Shown in pieces: positions 14,232-27,509 of a DNA stretch of 64,000 bases; position 1 is the first letter of the stretch; every line of letters starts with the position of its first letter. Below the pieces are notes generated by a model, which saw nothing but the letters and a program-made list of their open reading frames with translations, did no database searches and had not been told where the DNA came from. Where the stretch lies: assembly GCF_009914755.1 (NCBI RefSeq), contig NC_060935.1; one strand, 5' to 3'. The stretch is from the human T2T-CHM13v2.0 reference genome, Homo sapiens. The position numbers and the translations under genes were made by a program.

Positions 14232-15044
14232 AAGCAGAAGATGGTGCCTAGGAAAAATCTTGTTTTCCAAAGCATAGATGAAAGCTTGCAACCTGTTCCT
14301 CTTGCTGAATTTGAGACCTGTACAATCAGCTCAGGGGCGACACATTTGGCCCAAGTCTGAGTTTTCTTATCTGTTTCCTTACCAATATCCCTTGAGCTGA
14401 TAGTTCAGACATCTTTCCCATAGGGAAATATATCTAGCCTGTGCCTCATTCCCTAAGAATTGTTCTAGATATTTACTAATGAATCTCACAATTAATCAGT
14501 GTTAACTTTTTAATGAATAATTCTGAGTAATGTGCAACCTATCGAGATATGTTTGGTGTTAACAGTGTTTCTTAGAAATGAAATTCAATTTTCAAAAGTT
14601 TTCATACTAAGAAATCCTCAGCTTCTCTGAGACTCTTAAAATGTGTGCTTTTGTTTCAATCATAATAATAGAAAATTACTAATGGCTTATTAGGAATCCT
14701 CTTAAAACCAAATAATACATGATTTCAGTGTTTCTGTAACGGTGTAAATTTTCATTTTCCATTACGCTGCATCAAACCATTAAGCAAAGTTATAGAGTTC
14801 AGTTTTTAAGGTGGTTTTTTCACATTAGGCTCCACGGAATGCTGGAAGTCTGAAGATACTCTCTGGGGTCTGTGATTTCTCAAGTGTGAGAAACACAATC
14901 TTAACCTGAAGACTGCATTGAACAGAGAAAGGGGTGTGGACTTAAGCACTATTATAGGTAAATTTTTGTGTGCCTCTCAGATCCCACCAAGGAACTGCCT
15001 CTTCCTCCTCTATGTAAGACCAAGATGACAATTCACGAACAGAA

Positions 15045-15295
15045 GAGCAATGCTAGTATGCTATAAGAAGGTCAAGGGCTTTGGGCTCAAATAGACCTGG
15101 CTCAGGTTTGAGGTCTCGCTTCAGCATTTACTGGCTGGTTTCTCAACTTTCTAAATCTCAAGTAGGTTGGAAGATTGAGTGAAATATAAAATACATACGT
15201 ACATACATACATACACACACAAACAAAATAATAAATGTAAAGTTTTATCAATATGCAACTCAATATCTGGCCCACCATAGCTGTTTAATAAGGGC
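15045..15295 (+). mobile_element. MIR fragment with an internal (TACA)n/(CA)n tract
   Basis: AAGGGCTTTGGGCTCAAATAGACCTGG...GAAGATTGAGTGAAAT. Confidence 0.55.
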
Positions 15296-15997
15296 TATGC
15301 CCCCTTTACTCTAAGATGAACTTAAAATTGTAATCTTCTGAAACTAAATTTTATGTTTTTAACTTGAATAATTCTGTGCTACCCTGGAAGAAAATTAAGA
15401 GTAAAATAATTCACGGAGAAATGTATTTTACTATGTCTCTTTTTCTCCCCAAACATATAACTGTCAAGGAGGAAAAGAAAATATGCATATTAGCTTTACC
15501 ACTGCAGTAAACTAAAGACATTTTGAACTAATCTAATAGGAACAATTTAATGGATGCAGTTCTCAAACACTTGGGAAAGTTGAAATACAAAATGAAGGGA
15601 ACACAAAGTCACATAATCTCATTTCAAGAGTCACTTTCAGTGTTAGCCCCACACAGCTGTTACACTGGGAATTATCCAATTGCACACAGATAGATCTCTT
15701 TCCATTCATTTGGATAATTCTGAATTCCTTTCAGAGGAAGCATAATGCCAGTGCAGAAGTATAAAGACTCAATAACGGTCATCCTAAGGAAGGATTCAAC
15801 CAACCAGAACAGCTGCTCATCAGAAACACTGCAAAGCTTCCTTTATCGTCCATAGGTTTCTTCCTAACATAGTTGACATTTCAAAATACATTGGATATTT
15901 TTCACTCACAGACAGTATTAAAACATTTTATGAACTACACTTTTCAAAAAATGACAGACCTTGAAATAAAAAGAGATAAAACAGATTCTGGATGTTA

Positions 15998-15999
<2 letters not shown>

Positions 16000-16042
<43 letters not shown>
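16000..16042. repeat. (TG)21 microsatellite
   Basis: Uninterrupted TG run. Confidence 0.97.
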
Positions 16043-16051
<9 letters not shown>

Positions 16052-16224
16052 AGTAAAAATCTTATCAGTTTGTCATAATTGAGGCTGAAAGTTCAAGAGA
16101 CAGAATTATTTTAAGAAAATGCACCAGCACCTAGCTTCACAATACCCAGTGATGTAAAGCTGCATTGAAACAGATGAATCACTTGAGTATAGATTTAAAT
16201 GTAACCGAATTATTAGACCAGAAT

Positions 16225-16450
16225 AGACTTGTTTGTAAGCCTATTTGGATTTATATCCTGACTTTGCTTCCTCTACATATGTAGCTGGCCTTGGATTGCT
16301 GAATCTCCTTGTAGCTTAGCCTCACAAGTAAATGGAGACAATAATAGTACTTTCCTGACATGGTTGTTTTTGGAAGATTAATAAAACCCACCTGTGAAAA
16401 ATGCTTAGAACAGTACCTGGGTCACTACCAACACTGTGAAGGTTATAGTT
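16225..16450 (+). mobile_element. MIR
   Basis: GTAAATGGAGACAATAATAGTAC...GGAAGATTAA...TGCTTAGAACAGTACCTGG. Confidence 0.65.
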
Positions 16451-16734
16451 GTCTTAAGACTAATAAGTATTATTGACTTTATCCTAGAAATGTGCAGAAA
16501 TATGTATTCCTATATTGTTTTTGCAAATTAATTGCAATACAATTTAGTGGCCTTATAACCAGAATCAATTTGGGAGACTTTCAAAAGCAGTTTCTGTAAA
16601 TCCCTCATCATTTCTGTAATTTACATACAGATTTGATCAATAGTGAATATTCACAATTCACTTTTGTTAATAAAATATTTAATTCAATATTCATCCTTGA
16701 AAGGAGCATTTCATTATTATAACTGCCGTGAGTG

Positions 16735-16830
16735 CAGGAGTCTGGCCTTTCTCATCTTTGAAACCCTGGTAGACAGCAGAGTGCTGGGTCCCTGTGGGCC
16801 ACTCAGCCAGTATGTGCTGCGTGAATGAGA
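16735..16830 (+). mobile_element. L2 3' terminus
   Basis: CTCATCTTTG...AGCAGAGTGCTGG...ACTCAG...GTGAATGA. Confidence 0.45.
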
Positions 16831-17147
16831 GGTATTTAGCAAATAGCAGATTTTCAGTAAATAATGAATGGGCTTGGGCTCTTTTGTACAAGCCATCTTT
16901 TCTACTTTACCCTAATAAACTATCAATTTTGCACAAGTATGCAAATTTAAAATTTTACAAGTCTTTTTTGCATTCAAAGTTCTAAACCTACTATCCTCCT
17001 TAATTAAGCATTTTGTGGGCATAAATAAGATGTGTTGTAAGAAAGGGACCTGTTAAAGCAAAACATAACCCTTTTGCAAAGAAAAAAATATTTTTTAAAA
17101 AGGTCAACATCACTTATTGGAAAGAGTACAGCCATGATTTGTAAATT

Positions 17148-17242
17148 AGAGATTCTGATTCAGTGGATATAGGATAAGGCCCAGGAATCTGCAGTCTTAG
17201 GCATCCTACGTGATTCCAAATACCAGGGTTTGGGAAACACTG
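17148..17242. mobile_element. MER5-type hAT-Charlie fragment
   Basis: AGAGATTCTGATTCAGT...GGCCCAGGAATCTGCA...TTTGGGAAACACTG. Confidence 0.7.
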
Positions 17243-17249
17243 AGGTAGC

Positions 17250-17590
17250 AATAATAAAATCTACCATGTATTAAGCCCATGCAGCGTTCCAGCTACTGTT
17301 TATATGCTATATATAAATTAACTAATTTAATCCTCCAAAACACACTTGTGCCGGATTTCAAACCCAGGCAGTCTGCCTCCACAACCTAGGTTCTTGCTGG
17401 TGCATACTATACGTTATTGGGGCTCAGATAATCAGAGACATAAACTAGTCTCTCTGAACTTCAATTTCTTCATTTGCAAATTCAAAATTTATTTATTTAG
17501 GGTGAAAAATAAATGAGGTACAATCCATCAATACCATATTGAAAGTGTTTTGCACGTATATATAAATATGCATATATTGATAATTGCTAT
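17250..17590. mobile_element. Two MIR fragments in opposite orientations
   Basis: Minus: GGATTTCAAACCCAGGCAGTCTGCCTCCA. Plus: TCTCTGAACTTCAATTTCTTCATTTGCAAA. Confidence 0.6.
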
Positions 17591-18118
17591 TAGATTGATC
17601 AATTAGATCAATCTGAGAGACAATATATTTTATTTCTATTAAATGAGGAATAAGCAAGGCATTACAAAAAAGAACAGAATGAAAAATGGTAAATAAATAG
17701 AACACCAGTTAAGATTTATTTAGATGATTGCTATAAAGTACCAATGGGCATCAATTGTTTCTTGGAAAATCATCACGATCAAACATTTCTGAAGCATGAA
17801 CCAGGCAGATGTTGATGTACCTTAAACTTTTAGTGTTTTCCAAACCATGGTCCTTCCCATGGGAACTGACATTATAAATCAAGTGATGTTTATATCTTTA
17901 AGGTTATATGAACATTAAAAGTTACTTGTATTATATTTGATATTGGATAGACGACATTTCTAAACTGATATTATCTGCTTTTTACTCTGGTACTAAAATC
18001 AGGTAACTAAAACAAAAGGAAATGGTGGCAAACTCTTGGTTTAATCTGTATAAATTGTCGATAATATCAATTGACTAAGAAAAAAGTATTCATGCCTAGA
18101 ATGAAATATCTGCTATTA

Positions 18119-18512
<394 letters not shown>

Positions 18513-19727
18513 TTACCGAGTTGAATCTTCTATTCAAGAGGATTATCTCAAGTCATAATGAAAGTGCGGCAATAAATTGTTTCTTTTAGGTTTATTACAA
18601 CAAATTTCAACTGGATCATTTGAACAATGTAGATGTTTACATCTCAGTGTACTATTGATTTGTGGAACATTTAGCTTTCTTATTCTTGAATTTCTCCTTG
18701 TGTGAGTTCTTTAGTTGAAAGATGACACACTAAACAGTATCCAAGACTGAAGTATAATCATTTATTCATTTAACCTAAAATTTTCATGTGTTGATGTTAT
18801 ATTATGTACTATGCTAGGTTCCGGGAATTAAAAGATAAATATTACATAGTACATAACCTAGTCTTTCCCTTCTAATTCAGTGGAGGGAAAAATCTTTCCC
18901 CCAGAAAGGTTTTTTATTAAACGTGTATGTGTGGTATTTTTGTTTTTTGGGTTTTTTGCTTCTTTGTAAGGTAAGCTTAAAAGCGATTTTGCTATTACTC
19001 TGCAGGAGAAGCTCCGTTAGAATCTTTAATTTACAAAACAGTGGTTTTAATTGAACCACTAGCAATTATACTGTGAATTAGACTGCAAACATGCTATTAT
19101 AATGCATCTTGGACTTTCAGAAAACAGAATTGGACTCCCATAAGCAAAGAGAGAAATCTCCTTCAGTGAGGAGGTAAACAGAAAGCTATCAGAGCCAACA
19201 CTCACCCCCATGGAGACAGGCATTGTTCTCTGACTCTCCCAGCTTCTCCTCAGAAAGAGCTGAAAAGCACTCTTTCTTAGTGTACATTTTAAACTTTACG
19301 GTGATTTCCATCCCTGCCATTCTGGTGAAAGGAACAGAGAGACTATAACCTGGTAGGCCAAGCCAAAGACAACTAATTGAGCACTGATCTCTGTTCCAGT
19401 TCAGAAGTGTTCCAAATTCATTTTTCTGTGTATAAAGAAGTCTAAAGGCATTTAACTCTATGACAAACTCATATTCAAATTAATTAATAAATTATTATAT
19501 AAACCTTTATAATGTAAATTTGAGCAATAGTGATTATTTTTCCCCAATCAATTAAAGTACATAAGGCCCTACTGTTTAGGTAAAGGCTGTGTTAGACCCT
19601 CTGAAGCATACAGAAAACGTAAGATACTGTTATAAGTCAGAGAATTTAAAGAAATCCAAGACAGGGGAAACATTTTGTAATCAACACAAGACAGACTAAA
19701 AGCAGTCTAAAAGATGTAAAGAATTCC

Positions 19728-19948
<221 letters not shown>

Positions 19949-20477
19949 ACAGAATTCTTGTACAGAATTCTTTACTTCGAGTTCAGAAACAAGAGAGCTG
20001 ATGAAGATGGGGGGAATCACATAAGTACTATTGATATCACACAAGTTTAACATTTAAAAATTTTGCTTAACTACTGTTTGTTTCTACATAAAAAGATGAA
20101 TCATTACAGTTCCTTTAGTTTTTGGGTTGTTTTATTATTTGTTTTATTAGCATTACTATTGAAAATATAGTATCTTTTGTATAATATGATCCTATTCAAT
20201 GAATAGGAGTAGATTGACTGCCCATTACAAAGAAGAGCTTCTCCCCTCAGATGAAAGATAGAAAGGCATGTGGATTTAGTCAAGGTTTGATCAGTAAAGA
20301 AAGTACTATTGTTGACAACAAAATAATGTTCAATTAGAAAAATGAACTTTGAATGACCACATCTCCCAAAATGCTGTATTTGCAATATGCTGTATTACAA
20401 AAAGGCTTTCAAATGTTCTAAATCAACCCATAAAATGTTATGTGATTGTTGTAAAATTAAGATAACTAAGACATTTT

Positions 20478-21030
20478 ATTATTAGAAAATCAAAAAAAAC
20501 AAAAGATGTTGGCATGGATGTGGAGAAAAAGGTATGCTTATACACTGTTGGTGGAAATGTAAATTAGTACAATCTGTAGGAAAAACAGTATGGAGATTTC
20601 TCAAACAACTAAAAACTATCATTTCACCCAGCAATCCCACTACTAGGTATCTATCCAAGGGCAAATAAATCTTTATATTAATAAGACAGCTGCAACGTAT
20701 GTTTATCATAGCACTATTCACAATAACAAGGTCACTGAATCAACCAAAGTGTCCATTAATGGTTGACTGTATTAAAAATATATATAGTACATATACAACA
20801 TGGAATACTATGCAGCCAGAAAAAAAGAACAAAATCATTTCATTATAGCCACATGGATGGAGCTGGACACCATTATCCTAAGTAAAATAATTTAGAAACA
20901 GGAAACCTAACACTGCATGTTCTCACTTATAAGTGGGAGCTAAACAATGAGTACACATGAACATAAAGATGGAAACAACAGACACTGGGGACTCCAAAAG
21001 GGATGAGGTTGGGGATAGTGAGGGTTGAAA
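20478..21030 (+). mobile_element. L1PB3/4-like ORF2 end and 3'UTR fragment
   Basis: GATGTTGGCATGGATGTGGAG...TTCTCACTTATAAGTGGGAGCTAAACAATGAGTACAC...CAGACACTGGGGACTCCAAAAGGG...GAGGGTTGAAAA. Confidence 0.85.
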
Positions 21031-24000
21031 AGAAAAGAAAAGGCTTTCCACTGCTAGTCAATATCTCCGGGACTGGTTGGATGAAAACCCAAAAATGGAT
21101 CCTGAAATAAGGAGATTCAACTCTCCCTTGAAAAATCTTATAGTTCTGATAAAATATATTTATATGAAGACTAGGCAGTGACATGAAAATCACATTCAAA
21201 AAGTTGAATAATTAATGGTGGAATCCTTAAGCCACAGGGAATTAGGACTTAGGACTAAATTGTCTACAACCAAAAGTACAAGTTAGACATTCCTAGTGAC
21301 ACACAGGTAGATAAAATAATTTAATGGAATCTACCCTCATTCTGAAAATAAAATCTGACCAAAAGATAAAAAAGCATGCTTTTTTGGAACAGAGAACATA
21401 AATTTTATAGCATCACAGATAGAACTGGTAAAAACCAAAAGGCAAAAAAGGCAGCAAAAACAACTTAAGATGTTAATTCTTTGATATGATGAACTATAGA
21501 TCTACAAAAATAGTAGTCATATGCTTCCAAGCCATTGGAATTGCAATTATAAAAGACCACTGAGGGTAGAGTCTCATCAATGGTTACAGGTTTATATTAG
21601 ATCTCAGACTGCTGAGAAAGCTTTCCAAGATGATTCAAGCCCCCATTGATTTTTATCTTCTCCGAACTCATCAAGAACATAAAAAGTCTAACACCAATTA
21701 TAACATTTATGTATGCCAAGCAAAATGCATATTCAAATAAGTGTTCAAAGTGTTCAGAGACAGGTCATGTATGTCCTCCCGCCCCTCCTTTGTTCTTGGA
21801 GCATAATCAGCCTTGGTGCTGGATCTGAAGGGCCTTTAATTAAAGTGCCCTGTGACCATGAGCAGCTCTACCTCTTTAGGCATCAGTTTTTCAGCTGGAA
21901 AGTTATTAGAGTCAATCATACCCCTTTCTCACTGCAGTTCCAACAATCCAAATTCTTTTATCTTATTTCTGTTGACATTACTTAAAAGAAAAACACTAAA
22001 GATAATATTTTGATGTGAAGTGAAATTTAAGCTTACATAAGCACATTCTCTAAGTGGATGTCTTTAAATTCATTATTGCTCAGGGTGACTTTACTGATCA
22101 AAAGAAGCAGCACCAAAAAAATTGCTAAGTGAAGTCATTGTGGTACTCTTAACAGTCCTAAATGTCAATTTGAAGAATAGGCTGCTTCTTCTGAAGCACT
22201 CCTATTTAAAATGGAATGGACAGCAACACTGATGGATGATCAAGGCAGTCTGAATCACACAAGGGGACTTTATGCTTCTGCAAGTGAGAAGGAAAATGCA
22301 GAATTTTTTTTCTATCACTCTCACACAGCTATGAAATGCTGTTTGCTATTCAAAATGCAAAACTGCCAACCAAAATCTTAGAGAAGATAATCCATTCTTT
22401 CCTTCCACCTGCATTGGTAAGCACAACAAGCTGGGTGGGAACTTCTCCAAATTTTTTTATTCTGTCTCCCTTTGTACATTCTTTTACTACACAAACTGTG
22501 TTCTCTAGCTCACCTGTCAGAGAGACATCTGTTACCTTTATAGAAGCCAATGCACATTGCTGTGTGTCACGCTTTAGTAATTCACTGCCAATACTAGGAC
22601 AAATCTTTTTACAAAGCTTTGTCTGAAAACTCTCTTTTGATCCATCAGTCACTAGGGGTACATGTGTTGCCCACCCCTCAACTTCAGACAACAGTGGCAG
22701 GTGATCTATGAGCTTAGTTGTCTTCTCCCATGCAGCTAAAATGACACACTACCTCCTAGCTCCCTTGCCGGTTTTTAAACTACCCTGGCAAGCACGGAGA
22801 ATTAATAACAAAACATGAAGCATCCCAAATGTAACCTTAATGCCCTTGTGCACCCATTCTTCCATTACTTTTTCACCTTTCTGCCTCAAGCCAGGGAAAT
22901 AAAAGGATTAGACATAATGCTATAAATTTAAAAATAATGGAAGTCTTAGCACAGGTTTGCAAGACATAGAATTATCATGGTACTACTGACACTTTAAATG
23001 TAATGATTTGATATATCAGAAAAGTTCTTTGAGATCCAGAAAAGATGAAGAGAAGAGCTAAGTCTGGAAAATGCGAGTTAAAATAATGGATCATTATATG
23101 TGGAAGCATATATCCTTCCATTTCCTTTTTATGTGGTTTGATTATTTGCTTTCTTTGCTGCCCTGAAGAACCTTGGCTGTCCATTGCAAAATGCTCTTCG
23201 TATTGACAGCATTCTACTCTATTTATCATCATGCAGAGCCTGTGTCAGCAGATCCAATGGCCTCTCTGAGTGTGGCCCTCCCACTGGGTAGATGATGAGC
23301 TCGGCTGATCCATCCCTGAAAGTGCTGAGGGAGCTTCCAGCACAGATGGCCTTCTTGCTGATCATGTCTGAGGGTTTTGTTTTGCTTTTTTCCCCCTAAA
23401 TTGGCTCATTTAATACAAGATACATGAGAGGCAGTTTGGTCTAAGCCAACAGCAACAACGAAAAGTAGAATTATGAATTAGAGTGCTGCTTTAAAATCAA
23501 AAGACAATCACCAAAGTAAAGATATTGTCTGTCCACAGTGGTAAAGAGAAATAATTGTGATATGCATTTATATTCATATCAATACTAATATGTCCAAACG
23601 AAGTGTATTTTGTTGGTTGGTCTCAACAAAAAACAATGATTGTGCATTTAATGCATAATGTTCTTCTATAGAGTTGTAAATGTTTTTCTAATTAATTTTT
23701 TAAGTTGAAAAATATTACAGATGCATTATACATGTGGGGCTTCCATATTCATCGTTAATGAAGATTACTCCCATTTCAGTCCTCAATTCTTAGTGATTGT
23801 TTCTCTTACCAGTTTCTAAATGTGCCATGGAGTGCCAAGTTCTAGTCCTGTTCAGTCTTCTCAACTACATAGAACATGTATCTGCACAAAAACATGGACC
23901 TGGTAATATTAGCTACTCAGTGATTCTTTCAACTGTTCAAAAGGAATGACCTAGCTCAACTTATAGAGAATTTCTCATCATAAGATAGAGAAAAATAAGG

Positions 24001-26004
24001 CACCTGAGTGTCCAAAGCACTCAGCAATATGAATTTGAATGTCCATTTGAAGTTAACATTAGAAATTTAATACTAAAGTGAATTACACGTGGGCAATGTC
24101 ATGAATGCTGTATAGCATTAAAGCTTAGTAAGAGGATTTATTCCAGGATGACAAATAGGAAATGTAGAAGGGCTGGGGACGTTCTCAGGGAATTTCATGT
24201 AAGACAGTTTATTCTCATGGATCTGATCTAGTGTTGACTCAAATGAAAATAGAAGCAGCAATATCACTTACCCTTAGGTAGCTGAATTCTTTTAAAATAT
24301 GTTTTATAAATGCCACATGTCAAAGATATTAGAAAAAAATTTCAAGAATGCCAAAGCATAAAACTATACTTGTTTCTTCTCATAGGAAAAGCAGGAATAA
24401 AATAATACTGAACTTCATAATGACTATTAAGCTTGTAACATAAAAGTAAACACCAGTTTGTGTAATATGATGAAATTTACAGAAAGTACAAGAAATAAAC
24501 GAACATCAAGAGCTAGAACTTAAATTATGTTAAAATAGTTTAAGAATATTCAGATATAAAAAGTCATTTGCAAAAGGGGTGGTCATAGTCAAATTTGAAA
24601 TTTACTTTGCCTAAAAGCATTGTATAAGAGAGTTCCAGTGAGAGAGGTACTTTTGACAGTAACAGTGAACACAAAATCCTCACACCTTATAATTAAAATT
24701 TTTATATATTTGTATTATAAGAAGCACCATTTCTTCAAGAATAAATTAGGTACTTTTTCATGTGGAAAACAAACACAACTTTTAGTCATAACTTTGATAC
24801 ATGTTCCATATACCACCCAAAATTTTGCATGCCTTACCTTTATATTAGAGAAGTAAATTTTCAAAATTAGCAACACATACTTTTAACATACCTGAAGATA
24901 TTTGCTTATTTCTTCCAATAAATATCAATAAAAGGAATGGCGGTTATACATATCATTATTTTTAAAACTATCAGTTTAATTTTAATTTCTAATTAAAATC
25001 CTTATCTAAGTTGTTCAGTTCAATGAAAATAATTTAACAAATTTAAGACACTGCCTTCAACTGGCTTATAGTTTAGAGCAGGAGACAGACCCTAAATGAG
25101 TATTTAATATTGCATCTGGGCACTTGGTCTGATCTATGCCAGTTTGCCAACCAGAGTTTGTCCAACATACAAGACAGGCTGCATATGATCCCTACTATAT
25201 ACTCAGAAATTGAATTATTGAGATGTTCAACAATACACTCAAAGGCATTTCAGATTCTCAAACTTTCCCTATATTCTCTTATTTAAGGAAAAGTGCACAG
25301 TGTAAACAAGTTCTTATGCCAGCAGGCTAATCTCATAATTTCATTTAAAATACTTTGAGTCAGTTCAAGAAACATTTATAGAGAACTACCAAATGCTGAG
25401 CACTATGCTGACTTCTGGAGATGTAAATAAGATGGAGCTACCACTCTCTGGGGGCCCTAGATTAGACAAGGCCGATGGAGTGAGGTCCAGAAAGTCTCTT
25501 GAGTGCATCCACAAGTCTGCACCATTTCCCTTGGGTTTCAAAACTGTGGACAGCGACAGGGATACTACACAGACCCTATTCTACCACTTCCCCAGGGGTA
25601 AATAGAGGCAAAGGGACAATACAGGTCAAGCACTAAGATTATCACATCTAGGGTTCCTGCTAGGTCTGTCTTCTGCTCCATCAGAGAAGAGACCCATAGA
25701 ATCCCACAGCAGGGACTATTAAAAATGCATATAATGTCACTTTTTAAAGGGCTCTGAGAGCTCCACAATGCAGGACTCTATTACCTCTCTTAAAGTGGAT
25801 CTTTAAACATTCTTAATAAGGCAATGGATGTTCACAGATTTGAAAGCCTCCCATGAAGCTGTTCCTCCCACAGGAATTTGGAAGCAGTGATTCAGCGGGT
25901 GCAACAAAGTCTCTGCTTTTCTGGAGAACTTTAGCTCTACCAGACACAGGGTCATGGAATGTCTGGTAGACATAGAGCTTAGGGGAAGGAAAGTGGGGAT
26001 ATCA

Positions 26005-26132
26005 ATACACAGGCAGAGAATGTCACTCTTGCCAACTGTCCAAAAATAGAGATATGCCCAACATGCTATACACAGGCAGAGAATGTCACTCTTGCCAACT
26101 GTCCAAAAATAGAGATATGCCCAACATGCTAT
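26005..26132. repeat. Perfect 63-bp tandem duplication
   Basis: Units 26005-26067 and 26068-26130 are identical, followed by AT microhomology at 26131-26132. Confidence 0.97.
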
Positions 26133-26651
26133 TTGAACACCAAAGGATGTTTGGAGGATTCCTAACCACAATGGTGAAGCAGTGTGGGGAAGAATGGAGA
26201 GAACTCTTCACAGAGTAAGAGATATTTTAATCTTGAAGAGTTAGTATTTAATCAGGAGCAGTAGGCACTCACAGAAGGAAGAATTGCATGAGCAAACACA
26301 AAGAGATGTGAGAATTATAATTCTGCATATCTAGGAGCCATAAATGTAGTCGGCAGTTATGATAATGTCTATTTTAAGGGTAATGACAATCACTCAATTT
26401 CTTAAATGGTCTCTTTGTCCACCAATTAATTCCAAATTCCAATGGCCGATTAAAAACTATCTTATTCGGTGTTTGTGGGCACTTATTGATCTTAGAAGAA
26501 GACAAAGCAAAAAGAGGAACATTCATGTTTATAAACAGTCTATGAAATGCTAGAGACTGCTTTCCTTTTCCAATGGAGTGAAAACCCTGTGATACAGGGT
26601 TTTTGGCTTGTTATTCACAGCTCTATCTCCAGCAAATAGAACAGGAACTGG

Positions 26652-26725
26652 TGTATATACACACATATATGTGTATGTGTGTGCCGGGGTGTGTGTGTGT
26701 GTGTGTGTCTGTGTGTGTGTATATG

Positions 26726-26771
<46 letters not shown>

Positions 26772-26847
26772 CACACACACACATATCTGTCTCTCTGAGA
26801 TATATACATATCTATCTATATCTATCTATATATATCTCTCTCATAAG

Positions 26848-26879
<32 letters not shown>

Positions 26880-26912
26880 TTATGGTTGTGGTTATGGTTA
26901 TATGGCTATGTA
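26652..26912. repeat. Compound microsatellite: (TG)n, (TA)n, (CA)n, (TATC)n, (GA)n and degenerate TATGGT
   Basis: Seen directly; lies among L2 fragments. Confidence 0.95.
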
Positions 26913-26979
26913 GTAATAAATAGGGATTCAATGATAAGACAGATCTGAGACCTGTCCTTACAGAGCTGACATTCTAATC

Positions 26980-27505
26980 CAGGGGTTTTAATCTTGGAGA
27001 TGGAGAATTGTAAACTTCTAGATAGGAAAAAAAATTACATCTTAATTACATCTTTAGTTTTCTTAACCTGAAACTCAAATTTAGCATTTAAATTATGAAT
27101 ATAGGCCATAAACCACCGAGGTATTAGCAGTACCTGTGACTTTGTGAAACATTAAAAATCACAGATAATTACATACCACATTCAGTGTTGCACACATCTG
27201 AGAAGACCATTTTTACTCATAATGATTTTGAAACTGTTATTGACACACCATTAGGTTTTGTTATTTAATGCATTAATAAAGAATCAGGTATCTTATCATA
27301 TCACAAATTTAGTTTTAATACTTTGAAATTGAATTTCAGTTACATGTGTATACATGTGCCATGCTGGTGCGCTGCATAACTGGTTACTTTTGTTGTCTGT
27401 GTAATTTATTTCATACATTTAAAAGCGTAGTTCTGAGAAAAGAACTACAGACTTCACCAGAATGTTTAATAGGTTAAGGATACCAGAAATTGTTAAGCAC
27501 TCCAG
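26980..27505. mobile_element. Charlie4a-like hAT element
   Basis: CAGGGGTTTT start; internal GTATTAGCAGTACCTGTGACTTTGT and TTGTTATTTAATGCATTAATAAAG; GTTAAGCACTCCAG end next to TCTAGA, the Charlie target motif. Confidence 0.75.
27338..27376 (-). mobile_element. 39-bp young L1 (L1HS/PA2-type) 3'UTR snippet with no tail and no TSD
   Basis: AGTTACATGTGTATACATGTGCCATGCTGGTGCGCTGCA matches the reverse complement of 11807-11845 at 38/39. Confidence 0.9.
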
Positions 27506-27509
27506 TCTA

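Noticed and set aside
14234-14248. CTCF-like GCAGAAGATGGTGCC
   Set aside because: Three mismatches to the core consensus; not supportable without ChIP data.
17592-17614. 9-bp inverted repeat AGATTGATC/GATCAATCT
   Set aside because: Short and within chance expectation for AT-rich DNA.
22350-22691. 113-aa minus-strand ORF in unique DNA, overlapping a 96-aa plus ORF
   Set aside because: TTG start, no recognisable homology and no convincing splice context. Length is compatible with chance; PhyloCSF or BLASTP would settle it.
25803-26171. 122-aa ORF with a 21-aa repeat
   Set aside because: The repeat only reflects the 63-bp duplication being a multiple of three.
26550-26913. Overlapping low-complexity ORFs
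   Set aside because: Translations of dinucleotide repeats.
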